Positions 8,628 through 20,503 of a stretch of DNA of 64,000 nucleotides are shown here, piece by piece (positions within the stretch are counted from its first letter, which is position 1; the number at the start of each line of letters is the position of its first letter). A model generated the notes under the pieces. The model saw only the letters and a list, made by a program, of their open reading frames with translations. It had not been told where the DNA came from and searched no databases. Made by a program: the position numbers and the translations under genes. Source of the DNA: a virus (taxonomy: Duplodnaviria > Caudoviricetes). The stretch spans positions 96,001 through 160,000 of the IMG/VR virus record IMGVR_UViG_3300014205_000003. One strand, given 5' to 3'.

Positions 8628-11600
8628 ATGGAAATTGCACCAGAGGATGTAGAGGTTGTAAAGCTTCTGCATCCTCTTGTCTTTCAGGATCGAAACATTG
8701 TAGAACTTCACTGGTATTTTGGCCATATCCCTGTGCTGATTGCCGTCAACCACGAACAGAAAGTGGAAGACGGTTTTGTGTATATGGCGCTTGATGGTTG
8801 GTGGACAGACAGAACAGGGAATAAGTTGTTAACACCAGAAGAGTTTTTCTATCGAGACTTCGTAAAAGGTTTAGACCATTCCGAGACGAAAGCACAGCTG
8901 ATTGACGGTCTGCGAAAGTGTTTAGCCCCTGACGACATGTTGAGGGTTAGGGCTTTCTTGAACCTTCAACAATTGTAGGAGATTGCATGGTCTTTACGAA
9001 ACAGGACTTGAGGAGGTCAGAGCTCCTTCAGCCCTACGGTTACAATAATTTCGAGTTGAAGGCGCTGATCTGGGTCTTTGAGTTTGTTCCCTGTCTTTTG
9101 TGGAGCGACATGCCTTCTGACACACCTGTGTACAGCGCCATAGATGGGTACCAGTTGTATCCGGCAGACTTTCCAATTGAAGGTGTTAATTACAAAAAGG
9201 ACAACTGGATAGAGAAGGTTTTTCTGGATATGTGTTTTACACCTCCTAACCGCTATCCATTACCGGAATACATAAGCTTCCGATACTGTTTACAAGAGAT
9301 CGACAAAGACCGTATTGACACGTTGATACGCATACACCAACTGTAGGAGGCTTATGCCTGCTCCTGGAGACATTGAGGTTGTTACGCCTTTGGAGTTCTT
9401 AACCTGTGTAGATCCTTACGACAGCAGAATGGAGTGGAGCTTTCTACATCTGCTGTGGGTCAAGAAGAACTATCCAGTGTTTGTGTGGAGAAATCACATA
9501 CCTGATTACAACGGGTCGACAACTACGGACTACACAGATTCGAGATATGCAATGCACGGAGCAGAAGTAAAGAATCCGCTACGTGTGACAAACTTGGATG
9601 CATACACAGAAGCTTACTGGGATTGGGACAAGAAGCATGCAGAGCATGATGCCTTGCAGTATTGGCGAAACATCAAACACACTTTGCCAGCAGTAGATGT
9701 TGAGAAGCTGCTTGCCTTGGAGACAATCTGTAATTTATGATTTATCTCACACCAGATCAAGTAGTTGTACATCCTGTGAAGAAGCCGTACTATGCACCGT
9801 TTACGAATCATCAAGGTGAGCGGAGAACTTTGAGAGAAATTTATTGGCTCTTTGAGACTGTCCCTCTGTTTGCTTGGCACGGGGCACAGTCAGATGCTTT
9901 GGAAGATCTTCACTTCTCTACGCTTCATGGTTGTTACTGTGCACATCCTGCATACAGCACTTACACAGTTCAGTCTGCATATATAGAGGCGTACTGGCTG
10001 TGGGAACGCGAAGCTGATACGTATATGCGCTACTATCAAGTGTGGGAAGAGTTCAAGGATTGCTTACACGAAGAAGACGTAGAGCGAATACGAACAATTC
10101 TAGTTTTGAGGAGTCTATGATCTGTTTAACACCTGACCAAAGAGTTGAACGTCCTGTGAAGAAGCTTTATCGTGCACTTCACACTAATATGGCAGACGAG
10201 TACAGAATTCTTCAAAAGCTGATTTGGGTATGGGACTGTATGCCGTTCTTCGTCTGGACTTTGGATCAAGACACATCTTTGAAAGCTTCAAGATTCTCTA
10301 CGCTTACAGGAAGAGCTATTTCTTATCCTGCTTGGTCAGACTGCACTAAGCAGCAGTGGATCGATCTCTATTGGTACAAAGAGTCTCACGCAGACAACTA
10401 TCTGAGCAGTTATCCTGCGTGGACAGCTTTCAAGCATGTGCTGTACAAAGTTGACAGCGATCGCATCAGAACAATCCTAGTTTTGAGGAGCTTGTAATGG
10501 CATTTCCAATCTTGAAGTATCCTGTTAAACCTTACAGGGATTCCAAAGGTCGTGTTCTGCAGTATATAGAATGGCATTTTGAAACTTGTCCGCTCTTTTG
10601 CTGGATGGACCCGAAAGTTACTAAAGGCCGTAAGCCTACTCAAGTGCTCAGTTCTAGATATGATGGGGTGGATTTTACATATCATGGTCTTGCTCCGACT
10701 GAACAGGACGACGATTGGCAACGTTGGTATTGGACAACAAACATTCTTCTGGTTAGCTACGATCCTTGGACAAAGTTCAAGAAGTGCTTGCACCCTGAAG
10801 ATGTAGAGAAGATTGGAGCTTTGATAACCATTCACAACCTGTAGGAGCTTTGATGGACGAGAAGGATATTGTCAAGTACTCTACATTTCCTGTAAAAGAG
10901 TTTTCCTGCGAAGTATCTGGAAAACTGATTCGTATAGATTGGTATTTTGAAACCTGCCCGCTCGCAATTTTTACAAGAGTTTTCGGCTCTGAAGAGAGTG
11001 TAGCCTTTGACGGATGGCTATATAACAAACCCAAGCGCTACTCCTCACAGGATGATTGGATTAAACTATACTGGGACCAGATGGAAGGCGACAAAGAGAT
11101 ACTGCAAAGAACTTACAGCAAGTTCAAACACGTACTGACAAAGGAAGATCAAGAACGCTACGAAGCACTGAGGACAATCCATAACTTATGAGCTTTCCAA
11201 CTGAACCTGAAGATCGGCGAGTAGTCCTTCCTGTTATGAACTATCACAGTTTTCGAATCAGCTTGAAACACGTTCTGTTTACCTTTGAAAAACTGATATA
11301 CTGGTTTGACGTCTATCCGATCTTCTACTTCAAAGACGAAGACCTCTACACGTGCATAGACATTTGGGGATGCAACATGCCTGATCCTCATCGTACGGGG
11401 AACATCAGTGAAGAACAGTGGAAGAAGGCTTATGATCTTCCACCTTCTCTAGACGACCCTGCAATCTTTGATCAGTGGAACAAACTCTTTTCTATGCTTC
11501 CCGCAGAAGAACAAGAGCCCTTAAGAGCCCTTCAAACGATAAGGAATCTCTAAGTGTTACCTTGTACAGTTCATATCTTCAAAGAACCTGTTTATGTGAC

Positions 11601-11907
11601 ATGGGTAACAGGTGTACATGTTAAGAAACATCACTCTGCCAAGTTGCTGGAGATCTATTGGATTGATGACCATTGTCCTATGTTTCATTGGGGAGACTCA
11701 ACAGAAACTTGGGCATGGTCTAGTATTTCTGGTTGCGGCGTAAACACTGACCACGATATGGGAAGCCACACTCTTGAATACTATTGGAGACTTAATGATG
11801 ATTTTGCAGACGAGTGGGCATATCCCGTATGGACGCACTTCAAGGACTTGCTTCCTCCAGAGCAAGTAGAAAAGATCAGAGCTGTCTTATCAATAAGGAA
11901 CTTATGA
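8628..11907 (+). CDS. Tandem array of nine Trp-rich paralogous proteins of 113-128 aa (8628, 8987, 9354, 9737, 10117, 10497, 10850, 11188, 11554 starts)
   Basis: Shared 'I.W.F...P.F.W' core and C-terminal 'L..ED.E.I..L..I.NL*'; coupled stops/starts. Confidence 0.85.
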
Positions 11908-12335
11908 GCTACGCTTGTGTGGGATTAAGTAATCCCAAGAACATTCACAACATCGGATCTGTCCTGAGAGCTGCTGGTTGCTTCAAGGTTGATCTGGTAG
12001 CAATCTCTGGTATGAGATATCGTAGAGCTGGCACAGATACGATGGCAGCGTACAAGCATCTTCCTCTTCTGCAGGTAAACGATCTTCACGGCGTCATTCC
12101 CTATGATTGCATCCCTGTAGCTGTAGAACTTGTGGAACGCGCAACAAGTCTTCTATCTTATAAACATCCAGACAGAGCCTTCTACATCTTCGGAGCAGAA
12201 GACGCAACACTTGGAGAGAAGACCCTTAGTTGGTGTAGAGACGTTATCTACATTCCAACCAACGGCTGTCTGAATCTTGCCGCTTGTGTAAATGTGGTTC
12301 TCTATGATCGCTTAGCAAAGGAGTCTGTAAATTAG
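11904..12335 (+). CDS. SpoU/TrmH-family (SPOUT) RNA methyltransferase
   Basis: NPKNIHNIGSVLRAA, FGAEDATL, IPTNGCLNLAACV motifs. Confidence 0.88.
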   Translation: MSYACVGLSNPKNIHNIGSVLRAAGCFKVDLVAISGMRYRRAGTDTMAAYKHLPLLQVNDLHGVIPYDCIPVAVELVERATSLLSYKHPDRAFYIFGAEDATLGEKTLSWCRDVIYIPTNGCLNLAACVNVVLYDRLAKESVN

Positions 12336-14897
12336 TGAAAATCAAACTTACCGTCCGTCAAAATCAGTTCCTAGTCTCTCCTTGGCCTCTCTGCCTGGAG
12401 AAGGCTTGTACAGTCACCCTTACTCAGAAAAAATTCTTCTACGACCCGAAAGATCCTCGTCCTATTACCTTCACGCACATCCCTATGTATACGAAGCTTT
12501 CTGAACAAGGAGGCATCGTCTACACAGGATTCCTTCAGAGGGTCCTTAAAGCCCTTGCAAAGGAAGAACACGAAGTGGAAGTCGAAGATCAGCGCATCAA
12601 GCCTTCTGGCACGGTTCCTGAGCTTCCTGAAGGCTCTGAAGGATATCGTGCAGGACAGCGAGAGTTCATTCACGCAATCCTCAACAATCACAGCGGTATT
12701 GGACAAGCTCCTCCAGCCTTTGGAAAGTCCTTTTGCATAGGACAGATCTGTAAGGTTCTGTGCAAGGAGAAGATCTTGGTCACTACGTCTAGGAAGACTG
12801 TGGTGACGATGCTCCTGCAACGTCTCAAAGCTACACTGCCTGACAGGCGAATCAAGCTTTGTGATGGTGCAAAGCCATTTGACGAAACTTGTGATATTGT
12901 AGTGTGCTCGTCAAAATCCCTCCACAAGATTCCTACAGAGTGGCCTCAAGTTCTTCTATTCGATGAAGTGCATGGAGCTGCTGGTCCTCAGGTCTGTCGC
13001 GTACTCGGAAATATGACAAATGTCCGTTTCTACGGTTTTAGCGCAACTCCTACTGGCAGAGGGGATAACGGAGACAAACTTGTAGAAGCTTTGTTTGGTC
13101 CTGTTATTTACAAGATGAACTATGAGCAAGCTTTGGCTAATGGTAATGTCACGCAGACACAAGTCCGTATGGTGCCTATCAAAGGTGCCAATCTCGAGTT
13201 CCACGACACTACTGCAATGAATCGGTATGGCTATTGGCGAAACACACAACGCAATAAGAAGATTGCAGAGGTTGTGGAAGCGTTGCAAGCTGAAGGCTTA
13301 GAAAAGATCCTGATCCTTGTAAACACTGCAGAGCATGCCTTCCATCTGCGTTTGTTCCTTCCTAAGTTTAAGATCGTACATGCTGGGCTCTCCTTGGAGA
13401 AGTTCAACGAGTTTAAGAAGAATGGGCTTCTGACGCCTACAGATTCACCAACTGTAGATGTAGATAAACTCGCCATTGAATTCAAGGAAGCCAAAAATCT
13501 GGGAATCATAAGCACGCCTAAGTGGCGTGAGGGTTTTCGCTGGAATGCCCTTCACAGTAGTAATACTGTGTCGAAACTCTCTTAACTGCTGGGAACTCTC
13601 TACACAGAGACAATCAGCAACGAACCTGTCAACACGTCTTGTGGGTGTAGCGCTTATATTAGTAGTGTGTCTAAACAACAACTACAGGGATAGCACTACA
13701 CATGTCTGACTACACAAACAACCGAGATCTCCTATTTCACCAAGTGAAGGTAGGAGATGTCATAAACAACCGAAAAATTCTTCGCATTGTTGGAGAACCA
13801 TTTCGACTGGTAAATGGAAAACACGCGCCTGTTCCTGAAGGGTGGTCTGGCTGTATATACGGCACGTATGAAGTAAATTGCATAAAATGCGACACCACAA
13901 GTATCGTTTGCGGATTACAAATGCAGACAATCAGCTGTAAAAATGGTCCGTGTAGCAAAAGCTTTAAAGACCTGACAAATATGCGTTTTGGTCAGTTAAC
14001 AATTTTAGCTTATGTACCACATTACAACAAAACAAAAGAACGAGGTGTGAGTTGGCTTACACGCTGCGACTGCGGGCGTGAAACTGTTGTATTTGGCAGG
14101 ATTCTTGTAGATCCAAAGCGTCCTAAAACGTGTTGCAACGTTTGTGCAAGAGCGTCTAAGTCACGAAAACGGAGACTTCCTGAGAGTCTTGCAGGATGGC
14201 GAGAATACTTCAGCAAGACAAAACGGGATTCTCATAAAAAACAAAGAGCTTTCGATTTGTCTTTTGAGGAGTTTAGACGTGTTGCAAGTTTAAACTGCGC
14301 TTACTGCGGAGCCGCCCCGTGTTTGATGTATCATCACACGGAAGTTGTGAGAAATGGGATAGACCGTGTGGATAGTAAACTTGGATACACGTCAACTAAT
14401 GTTGTTGCTTGTTGTAAGATCTGTAATAGAATGAAAATGGAGCTAGACTGCCAGACGTGGTTGGAGCATGTTAGAAAAATAGCAAAACACACAGAACAGA
14501 TTCGCTCAACGACTATCCCTAACGGGAGTACACCTAAGCAGGTGGAAACAGAGAGGGTCCTTCCACAAGAAGGACTTTGATATAGTCTGATCTGCATGGT
14601 GACATGCAGCTGCAGGTGGTGCTGCGGACAGTATCTAGCGCATACTGTTGAACACATATGGTTGATTTCCCAGATTTGTCAGTAGTTGTTCGTGCTGATG
14701 GACTTACGGGGTCAATTCCGTCCATTCAGATCGGTGGTCGCAGTGCTCGTGTATTTGAAAATAAGACTCAGGCTCTTGTAATTGACTTCGAGGATCACTT
14801 TGGTCCTGACATGATGGCCAGAAGCGCCAAGCGAGTCTTGAACTATAAGACTGAAGGTTGGCAAGTTGTAACATGGAACATAGGAGATGCTGAATGA
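12335..14897 (+). CDS. UvsW-like SF2 helicase, spliced join(12335..13534,14661..14897), 478 aa
   Basis: APPAFGKS, DEVH, SATP; splicing restores motif V WREG|VDFPDL followed by motif VI QIGGRSAR. Confidence 0.9.
13535..14660 (+). mobile_element. Group I intron in the helicase gene, carrying an endonuclease ORF
   Basis: 5' exon ends in U; P1 GAGGGU/GCCCUU; core AACTGCTGGGAA, AATCAGCA, CAACGACTA, GATATAGTC; terminal G at 14660; in-frame join. Confidence 0.92.
13702..14580 (+). CDS. Intron-encoded HNH-type homing endonuclease
   Basis: DLTNMRFGQL...WLTRCDCG N-terminal motif; CAYCG...NGIDRVDSKLGYTSTNVVACCKICNRMK nuclease domain; C-terminus overlaps the intron core. Confidence 0.85.
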   Translation: MSDYTNNRDLLFHQVKVGDVINNRKILRIVGEPFRLVNGKHAPVPEGWSGCIYGTYEVNCIKCDTTSIVCGLQMQTISCKNGPCSKSFKDLTNMRFGQLTILAYVPHYNKTKERGVSWLTRCDCGRETVVFGRILVDPKRPKTCCNVCARASKSRKRRLPESLAGWREYFSKTKRDSHKKQRAFDLSFEEFRRVASLNCAYCGAAPCLMYHHTEVVRNGIDRVDSKLGYTSTNVVACCKICNRMKMELDCQTWLEHVRKIAKHTEQIRSTTIPNGSTPKQVETERVLPQEGL

Positions 14898-15803
14898 AAA
14901 CCCCTGACGAGATCTTTGCTCTGCGCAGTAATTATGCAGAAGAAGCTGTAATCGCGTTGGATGGATTCTGTGGAGGCGAACTGGAAACACTGGCTCAGAG
15001 ATTTACAACGAATCGAACATTCGTAATCTCTATCTGGACTGACGAGAAGCAGGAAAACAAACTGTACGACTATTTGACTGATCCTGCTATCGAAGAAGCC
15101 TTCAAAGAGTCATGTGCCATGTCTGAGTGGATCTTAGAGATTGTAAAGACTGAAGGTCGTTTTCGCTTAACGTTTACACCAACAAAGGATCTCACATTTT
15201 GAAAACTCCTAATCAGATGTTGTCGAAGTACAAAGCACTTGTTTATGACCAAATAGCCGTCATTGAGAAAGTAGTTACTTCTGAGTTGGAGAAGGCGATT
15301 CACTGTCATCCGTATGATACCTCTTGGATTATTAAAATTGGCAGTGAGTTGTCCTGTAACAAGGAATTAGACACTCTGAAGCTCTTGCAACAAGAACATG
15401 TCTTCAGGGCGTTTCAAGAACGTTGTAAAATCGTCAAATGGTCAATGTTCGCTACCAGTAGATGTGACGAATACATCGTCTTGCAGTTCACACCTATTGA
15501 GGAAGAAAAATGAAAACCCCTAATGAACTACTTGCTCCGCATCGAGAAGAAATGAACAAGGTTGTGCAAGCAATTGATCGAGAAGTCTCTGCAGAACTGA
15601 CAGACGAAGTCAACATGCGTCCACATGCAGACTATTGGGACGTACAACTCTCCAAGTCGAGTAATGCTATGGGTCTTCTACAGCAGTCTGTGAAGTACAA
15701 AGCCTATCAGAACTTCTGCCACACGAAGGGCTGGAGTGTGTACTGTACGAGCTCTTGTGAGGACTACATCGTGCTTCGCTTCACTCCTATTGACAAGGAA
15801 TAA
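14894..15803 (+). CDS. Three paralogous 'MKTP' hypothetical proteins (14894..15202, 15199..15513, 15510..15803)
   Basis: All start MKTP and end ...L.FTP. Confidence 0.8.
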
Positions 15804-15818
15804 CTAGAAAGTACTTAT

Positions 15819-16001
15819 ATGAACATTGTGTCTAAATTTATGGGCTGCGTCGGAACTGTCTTTACAGTCCTCTGCATAGCTCTTGGTCTCTATGTGTGCT
15901 TCTCCCTGATTGGTGTCCTCTGGCCAGTCATCATCTGGTGTGCTACAATCTTTGGCCTGTATTGCATCTGGACGTGGATAGCTGCTCACCTCAAACGCTA
16001 A
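15819..16001 (+). CDS. Small membrane protein
   Basis: 60 aa, two hydrophobic segments. Confidence 0.6.
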   Translation: MNIVSKFMGCVGTVFTVLCIALGLYVCFSLIGVLWPVIIWCATIFGLYCIWTWIAAHLKR

Positions 16002-16009
16002 GGAACTCT

Positions 16010-16531
16010 ATGAATAAGGCCTCAATCAGAGAAGCTATTGCGTACTTCACTGGAGGAGCGTTCAAGCCTTCTGGAAACTCTCAATGGACTGACTTGCAGA
16101 ATTGGATACTCCAGAAGGAACATACTCCTTGGGAGTTCTGCTACTTCATTGTTCATGCACATCCGGTGAACAAGCAAGGCAGCGGAGCTCTCAAGTTCCT
16201 CAACTGGCTTCAGAAGGACGAAGTGAAGAAGGAATTCCTTGCGTGGTGTGAACAAATGGACATGGAAGCATCCTGCATCTGCAAGTCTCAGCTGTCTCGT
16301 CTTGAGGCTCTGAACAACCTAGGTGTAAGCATGCTTCCAATACTCCTGAACGACCACGAGGATCACTCAGCTATAGTACGTATGGACTTCGCTCTCAAAC
16401 ACCTGCAAGACCCCTCAAAAGTATGTGTCAAATATGCTCCTACAGCTGACTATATTCTGAGAGGTTGTCCTATCTTCGGAGCAATCTGTCCCTCAGTCGC
16501 TGAGTATGTTGAAAGGAACCTTCCCCAGTGA
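16010..16531 (+). CDS. Hypothetical protein upstream of the replicative helicase
   Basis: ATG 16010 after AAGGA; coupled to the helicase start. Confidence 0.7.
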   Translation: MNKASIREAIAYFTGGAFKPSGNSQWTDLQNWILQKEHTPWEFCYFIVHAHPVNKQGSGALKFLNWLQKDEVKKEFLAWCEQMDMEASCICKSQLSRLEALNNLGVSMLPILLNDHEDHSAIVRMDFALKHLQDPSKVCVKYAPTADYILRGCPIFGAICPSVAEYVERNLPQ

Positions 16532-17976
16532 ATATCTCTTTGCCAGCTTCCATGGTCTCCAAGATTGAATCTGAACTGTACGACAAGCAGGAAGGTCGAC
16601 TTCGCATTCTCCTGACTCATGCCATTCGTCTGCAGACAGTCCTTGAGACTATGCTGCGGACATTCCCTACTGCAGATCCCTTCAAGGGCTATGCAGATCT
16701 TGGCGTGATCTGGGACAGCACTAAAGCCTACGGCGAACAGTATCGCAAGTGTCCTTCCGATCAGATGTTGAAAGACGACTTGCAAGGACGAACTGTCTTC
16801 AAAGGTGTCAACGTAGACTTGGCTCACGTCTTCAAAATCCTGGAAGAAGTCTTTCAAGCTGATGAACGTACGTTGAATCAGAAGTATGCGAATGATACCA
16901 TTGCAGAGATTCGTGATGATACTGCTTTAGTAGATATGCACAAAGCTCTTGTGCACAATCCAGATAATGCTAAAGCTACTCTGATCAAGATTGCGGATTC
17001 GATTCGAGTTGCTCCTGCTCAAGGTGCTAAGCTGATTCGTAATGTCTTCTCACTCGGCAGTCAAGAGATGTTGAGAACCTTGAAACGTCTGCCGTTGTAC
17101 ATAAACTTCCTAGATAGATCATTGGCAGGTGGTATGGCTATTGGAGAGACCTTAGGGTTTGTGATTCCTTCTGGTGGCGGCAAAACCACTTTGGGATTGC
17201 AGATGTGTGAGTCGAGTGTTTTGGTAAACCAGAAAGTAGCATACTTTCAGTTTGAGCAGTCGCTGGAAGGTGACTTGTTCATGCGTGTCAATGTGCTTGC
17301 CTCTGGTGTCAGCAAGAAGCTTTGGGAGAAGTACGTCCAGCACTTGGACGATCCTGTTCCGATGAAGCTTGAAGACTTCATGGATGCCGCTTCTCTGGAT
17401 CGCTTCAACAAGACTCAGCCGTTGTGGAATGCAAACTTTCTGTTCTACGACTATTCGGACAAGTCTATTCCTATTACCAGCATTAATCAGATCTTCGAAG
17501 AAGTCGAGAAGATTCGTGCAGGTGGTGAAGAAGTCACACTGGTTATTATTGACTGGTGGAATGCTCTTATCCGACGCTTGTTGAGTCATTCTGGAGATAT
17601 GAGTGATCCGAAGGTTCGAGCGTTTCGTGCAAGTGTTGCTGAGGACTTCAAGCAAGGCTGCAAGCGGCATGGAGTTCGTGGTGTAGTCTTTCAGCAGATG
17701 TCTGGTGAAGGATGCCAGAAGAGTTTGAAGATGCTTCCAAGTTCCAAGGACTCGCAAGAGGACAAGAACTTCGACAACTACTTCGACTACTGCTACGCCT
17801 TCAGTCAGATCGATCCTAAGACAGGGATTATCACTATCAAGGCAGACAAGGTTCGAAGTGTTGCTAAGAGCATATTCAAGGTGCTGATGGATGGTGAATA
17901 CTGCAAGCTCAAAGACGCTCAAGATCCTGCACATGGCATGAGCTTAGGCCCGATGATTGGCAACGTGCAAGTATGA
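16528..17976 (+). CDS. DnaB-like replicative helicase
   Basis: GGMAIGE...PSGGGKTT Walker A, FEQ, VIIDW, FQQ, K-x-R (DKVRS). Confidence 0.85.
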   Translation: MNISLPASMVSKIESELYDKQEGRLRILLTHAIRLQTVLETMLRTFPTADPFKGYADLGVIWDSTKAYGEQYRKCPSDQMLKDDLQGRTVFKGVNVDLAHVFKILEEVFQADERTLNQKYANDTIAEIRDDTALVDMHKALVHNPDNAKATLIKIADSIRVAPAQGAKLIRNVFSLGSQEMLRTLKRLPLYINFLDRSLAGGMAIGETLGFVIPSGGGKTTLGLQMCESSVLVNQKVAYFQFEQSLEGDLFMRVNVLASGVSKKLWEKYVQHLDDPVPMKLEDFMDAASLDRFNKTQPLWNANFLFYDYSDKSIPITSINQIFEEVEKIRAGGEEVTLVIIDWWNALIRRLLSHSGDMSDPKVRAFRASVAEDFKQGCKRHGVRGVVFQQMSGEGCQKSLKMLPSSKDSQEDKNFDNYFDYCYAFSQIDPKTGIITIKADKVRSVAKSIFKVLMDGEYCKLKDAQDPAHGMSLGPMIGNVQV

Positions 17977-19277
17977 AAAAAGAAAAGCTGATTGAGTTGT
18001 TGCAGAGTCTTCCAGCAGAGACTGAAGTTTTGATAATGGATAGATGTGATGTGTATTCTCCGGAAGACATTGCAGAAGGTTCTCTTCACCTGCAAGATGT
18101 CTACAGATCACAGCACAAAGGGATGAGCGGATACAGTTGGTATTTCAATCCCTGTAAGGATGCAAGAAAGAAGTCAGTAGTGATTCTTGATTGCTTCTAA
18201 AAACTCAAACGTTACTTAACAGAAAACAAAGGAACTAGGATGACAGTCAAAGAATTCAAAGAGTGGCTGAACAAGCACGGCATAGACGATAGCTACGAGA
18301 TTTGGATTGAGAGCGAAGACGCTGAAATAGAAATCATCGAGACAGACGAGCAACACCTTTCATTCAATCCCAAGAAGCATCGAGTGGTGATCTCATGACA
18401 GTCAAAGAACTTATTGAAGAATTGAAGAAGCATCCTGATACTACGGTGGTGCAGTTTGCTCATAACGAAATCACGAATGATGATGGAATGTCCTTAGCAC
18501 CTGTATATGAAGATGTTTTGCGGTTTGAAAATCGAATTCTATATCAGTACAGGCTTGCCGATGGTTACGTAACAGAGCCCGCTGAGATTAGGCGCAACAT
18601 TGCACCGAAATTTGCTACAGCCACCGAAACATGTATTTCCGTAGTTGTGCTTAGGAGTTAATATGACAGTCAAAGAAATGATTGAGCGACTTAAGAACTA
18701 TCCAGAGGACGCTGAAGTGCAGGTCGATGGCTACGACGATCTTCTACCTATGGAAGAGTGTCCTTGGGAACTCTTTCCAGACAACAACCTTCTTGTCATA
18801 CAAGCGTGGACATACAAATGACAGTCAAAGAACTGATTGAAGAACTGAAGAAGTATCCTGCAGACTTCCCTGTGAAGGTTTTTGTAGATACAGGGTTTGA
18901 CATGGCTTGGGTAGAAGTAGGAACTCTCTTCGATGGTCGCGACGTTGGAGAAAACTGTGTAAAGGTGTGTGAATGACAGTCAAAGAACTTAAGAAATGGC
19001 TCGAAGATATCCCCGATGATGCGGAGGTCTATGTACAAGATACTGAAGAGGGTGGTCTGCTCTATGTGGATAAGGATCTCCTGTACTACGACAAATCAGA
19101 CAATACGGTTGTACTATGACAGTCAAAGATTTGATTGATATGTTGGAAACAGTACCTGAAGATTACGAGATGGAATTCTTCAATTCTTGGGTGGATGATT
19201 ACACGACAAGTTACATAGACGAAGTCGCTGTATGCCCTGATCACAAGAAGAAACGTGTTAGGCTACAAACACAATGA
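17973..19277 (+). CDS. Array of seven small acidic proteins: 17973..18200 plus six MTVKE-type genes (18240..18398, 18395..18661, 18663..18821, 18818..18976, 18973..19119, 19116..19277)
   Basis: Six genes begin with the identical 14-mer ATGACAGTCAAAGA; ATGA coupling. Confidence 0.85.
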
Positions 19278-20503
19278 TCAATGAACTCCTTTTTCAAGCT
19301 CTCGTAGAAGCTGGTGTAGATCCTGAGATCGTTCGAGAGAATGACTCAGGGTCTTATAAAGTCGATACCATTCCCAGTGGCTTTCAGAAGGGTAAGAAGA
19401 AACTCGCTACAGCCTCAATGATCGACTGGGGTGAATGCATCAGCTTCAAATGTCCTATCTGCGAAGATCACACACGTCGAGCCTTCGTCTCCCACAGGTG
19501 GAATACTCGCCTCGGCAATGTTCAGTTCTCTGACAGACTCTATAAGTGTCACAACGAGGATTGTCAGAAGACTCGTGATATGTACAACTTCTTCAAAGGA
19601 CTCAAACTCCCTGAAGACTATTCCACCGTCTCTGTCAGTCAAGATCCTAAGAAGACTACTAAGGAAGTCAAGGATGCGCAGTTTCTAATCAAGACAGAAG
19701 AGCTTCCTTGGCCCTCTTACAATCTAAGTGATCCCAGAGGTCCCCAGGAGGTCGTTGACTACCTCCAAGCCCGAAATTTCGATATCACAGAGCTCGACAA
19801 GAATTTTGGAGTCCGTAGTGTTCCTGCAGGTGCTGAGTGGAAGTCTGAGACTAAGGTTACAACGTTCCCACAGCCTAGAGTACTAATTCCAGTCTTTCAG
19901 CACATGCACTTGATTGGCTGGCAAGCCAGAAGTATTGAAGCGGGTGTAAAGAAGTTCAAGTACTTGTTTCCTCCGGGTGCTCAGAAGCGTCAATGGCTCT
20001 ATAATTTCGACACAGCACTTCTCTATCCAGAGGTAATCATCTTTGAGGGTGTTACCAATGTTTGGAGAACTGGTCCAGATGCTATTGCTTGTTTTGGCAA
20101 GGGCATCAGTGCAGATCAGATGACTCTGATGAAGCTTGTATGGGGCTTCGACGGAACTGGTGTAATCTGCTTCGATGAAGATGTATACGAGAAGGACATT
20201 GACATACGATTGGCAGGACTTCTCAACTCACAGAGAGTGTTTCCCCTTGGGACAAGTGTTCTACGACTGCGAGGTGGTGATGCCGCAGTGCACACCTGTG
20301 CGCGGATTCGACAGTTGAAGCGTCTCGCACATAGTGTTGCTTCACTCGATGAAGAGGATATTCATGTGATTGACGAGGCGAATGTACCAGAACAAGAAAC
20401 AAGCTCATTGGACGCTCCTCGCTTCACTACAAAGGAATTGCCAAAGATGGTACTTTCTGCGGATGACGACGATGAGGACGACGTCTTTGGGCTGGAGGAA
20501 TAA
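19274..20503 (+). CDS. DNA primase (Zn-binding + TOPRIM)
   Basis: CPICED...CHNEDC zinc domain; GWQARS, KY, LYN, IFEGV, ICFDED. Confidence 0.85.
   Translation: MINELLFQALVEAGVDPEIVRENDSGSYKVDTIPSGFQKGKKKLATASMIDWGECISFKCPICEDHTRRAFVSHRWNTRLGNVQFSDRLYKCHNEDCQKTRDMYNFFKGLKLPEDYSTVSVSQDPKKTTKEVKDAQFLIKTEELPWPSYNLSDPRGPQEVVDYLQARNFDITELDKNFGVRSVPAGAEWKSETKVTTFPQPRVLIPVFQHMHLIGWQARSIEAGVKKFKYLFPPGAQKRQWLYNFDTALLYPEVIIFEGVTNVWRTGPDAIACFGKGISADQMTLMKLVWGFDGTGVICFDEDVYEKDIDIRLAGLLNSQRVFPLGTSVLRLRGGDAAVHTCARIRQLKRLAHSVASLDEEDIHVIDEANVPEQETSSLDAPRFTTKELPKMVLSADDDDEDDVFGLEE

Noticed and set aside
18240-19277. CRISPR-like array (14-nt repeat at ~150-nt spacing)
   Set aside because: The repeats are gene starts, the 'spacers' are open reading frames, and no cas genes are present.
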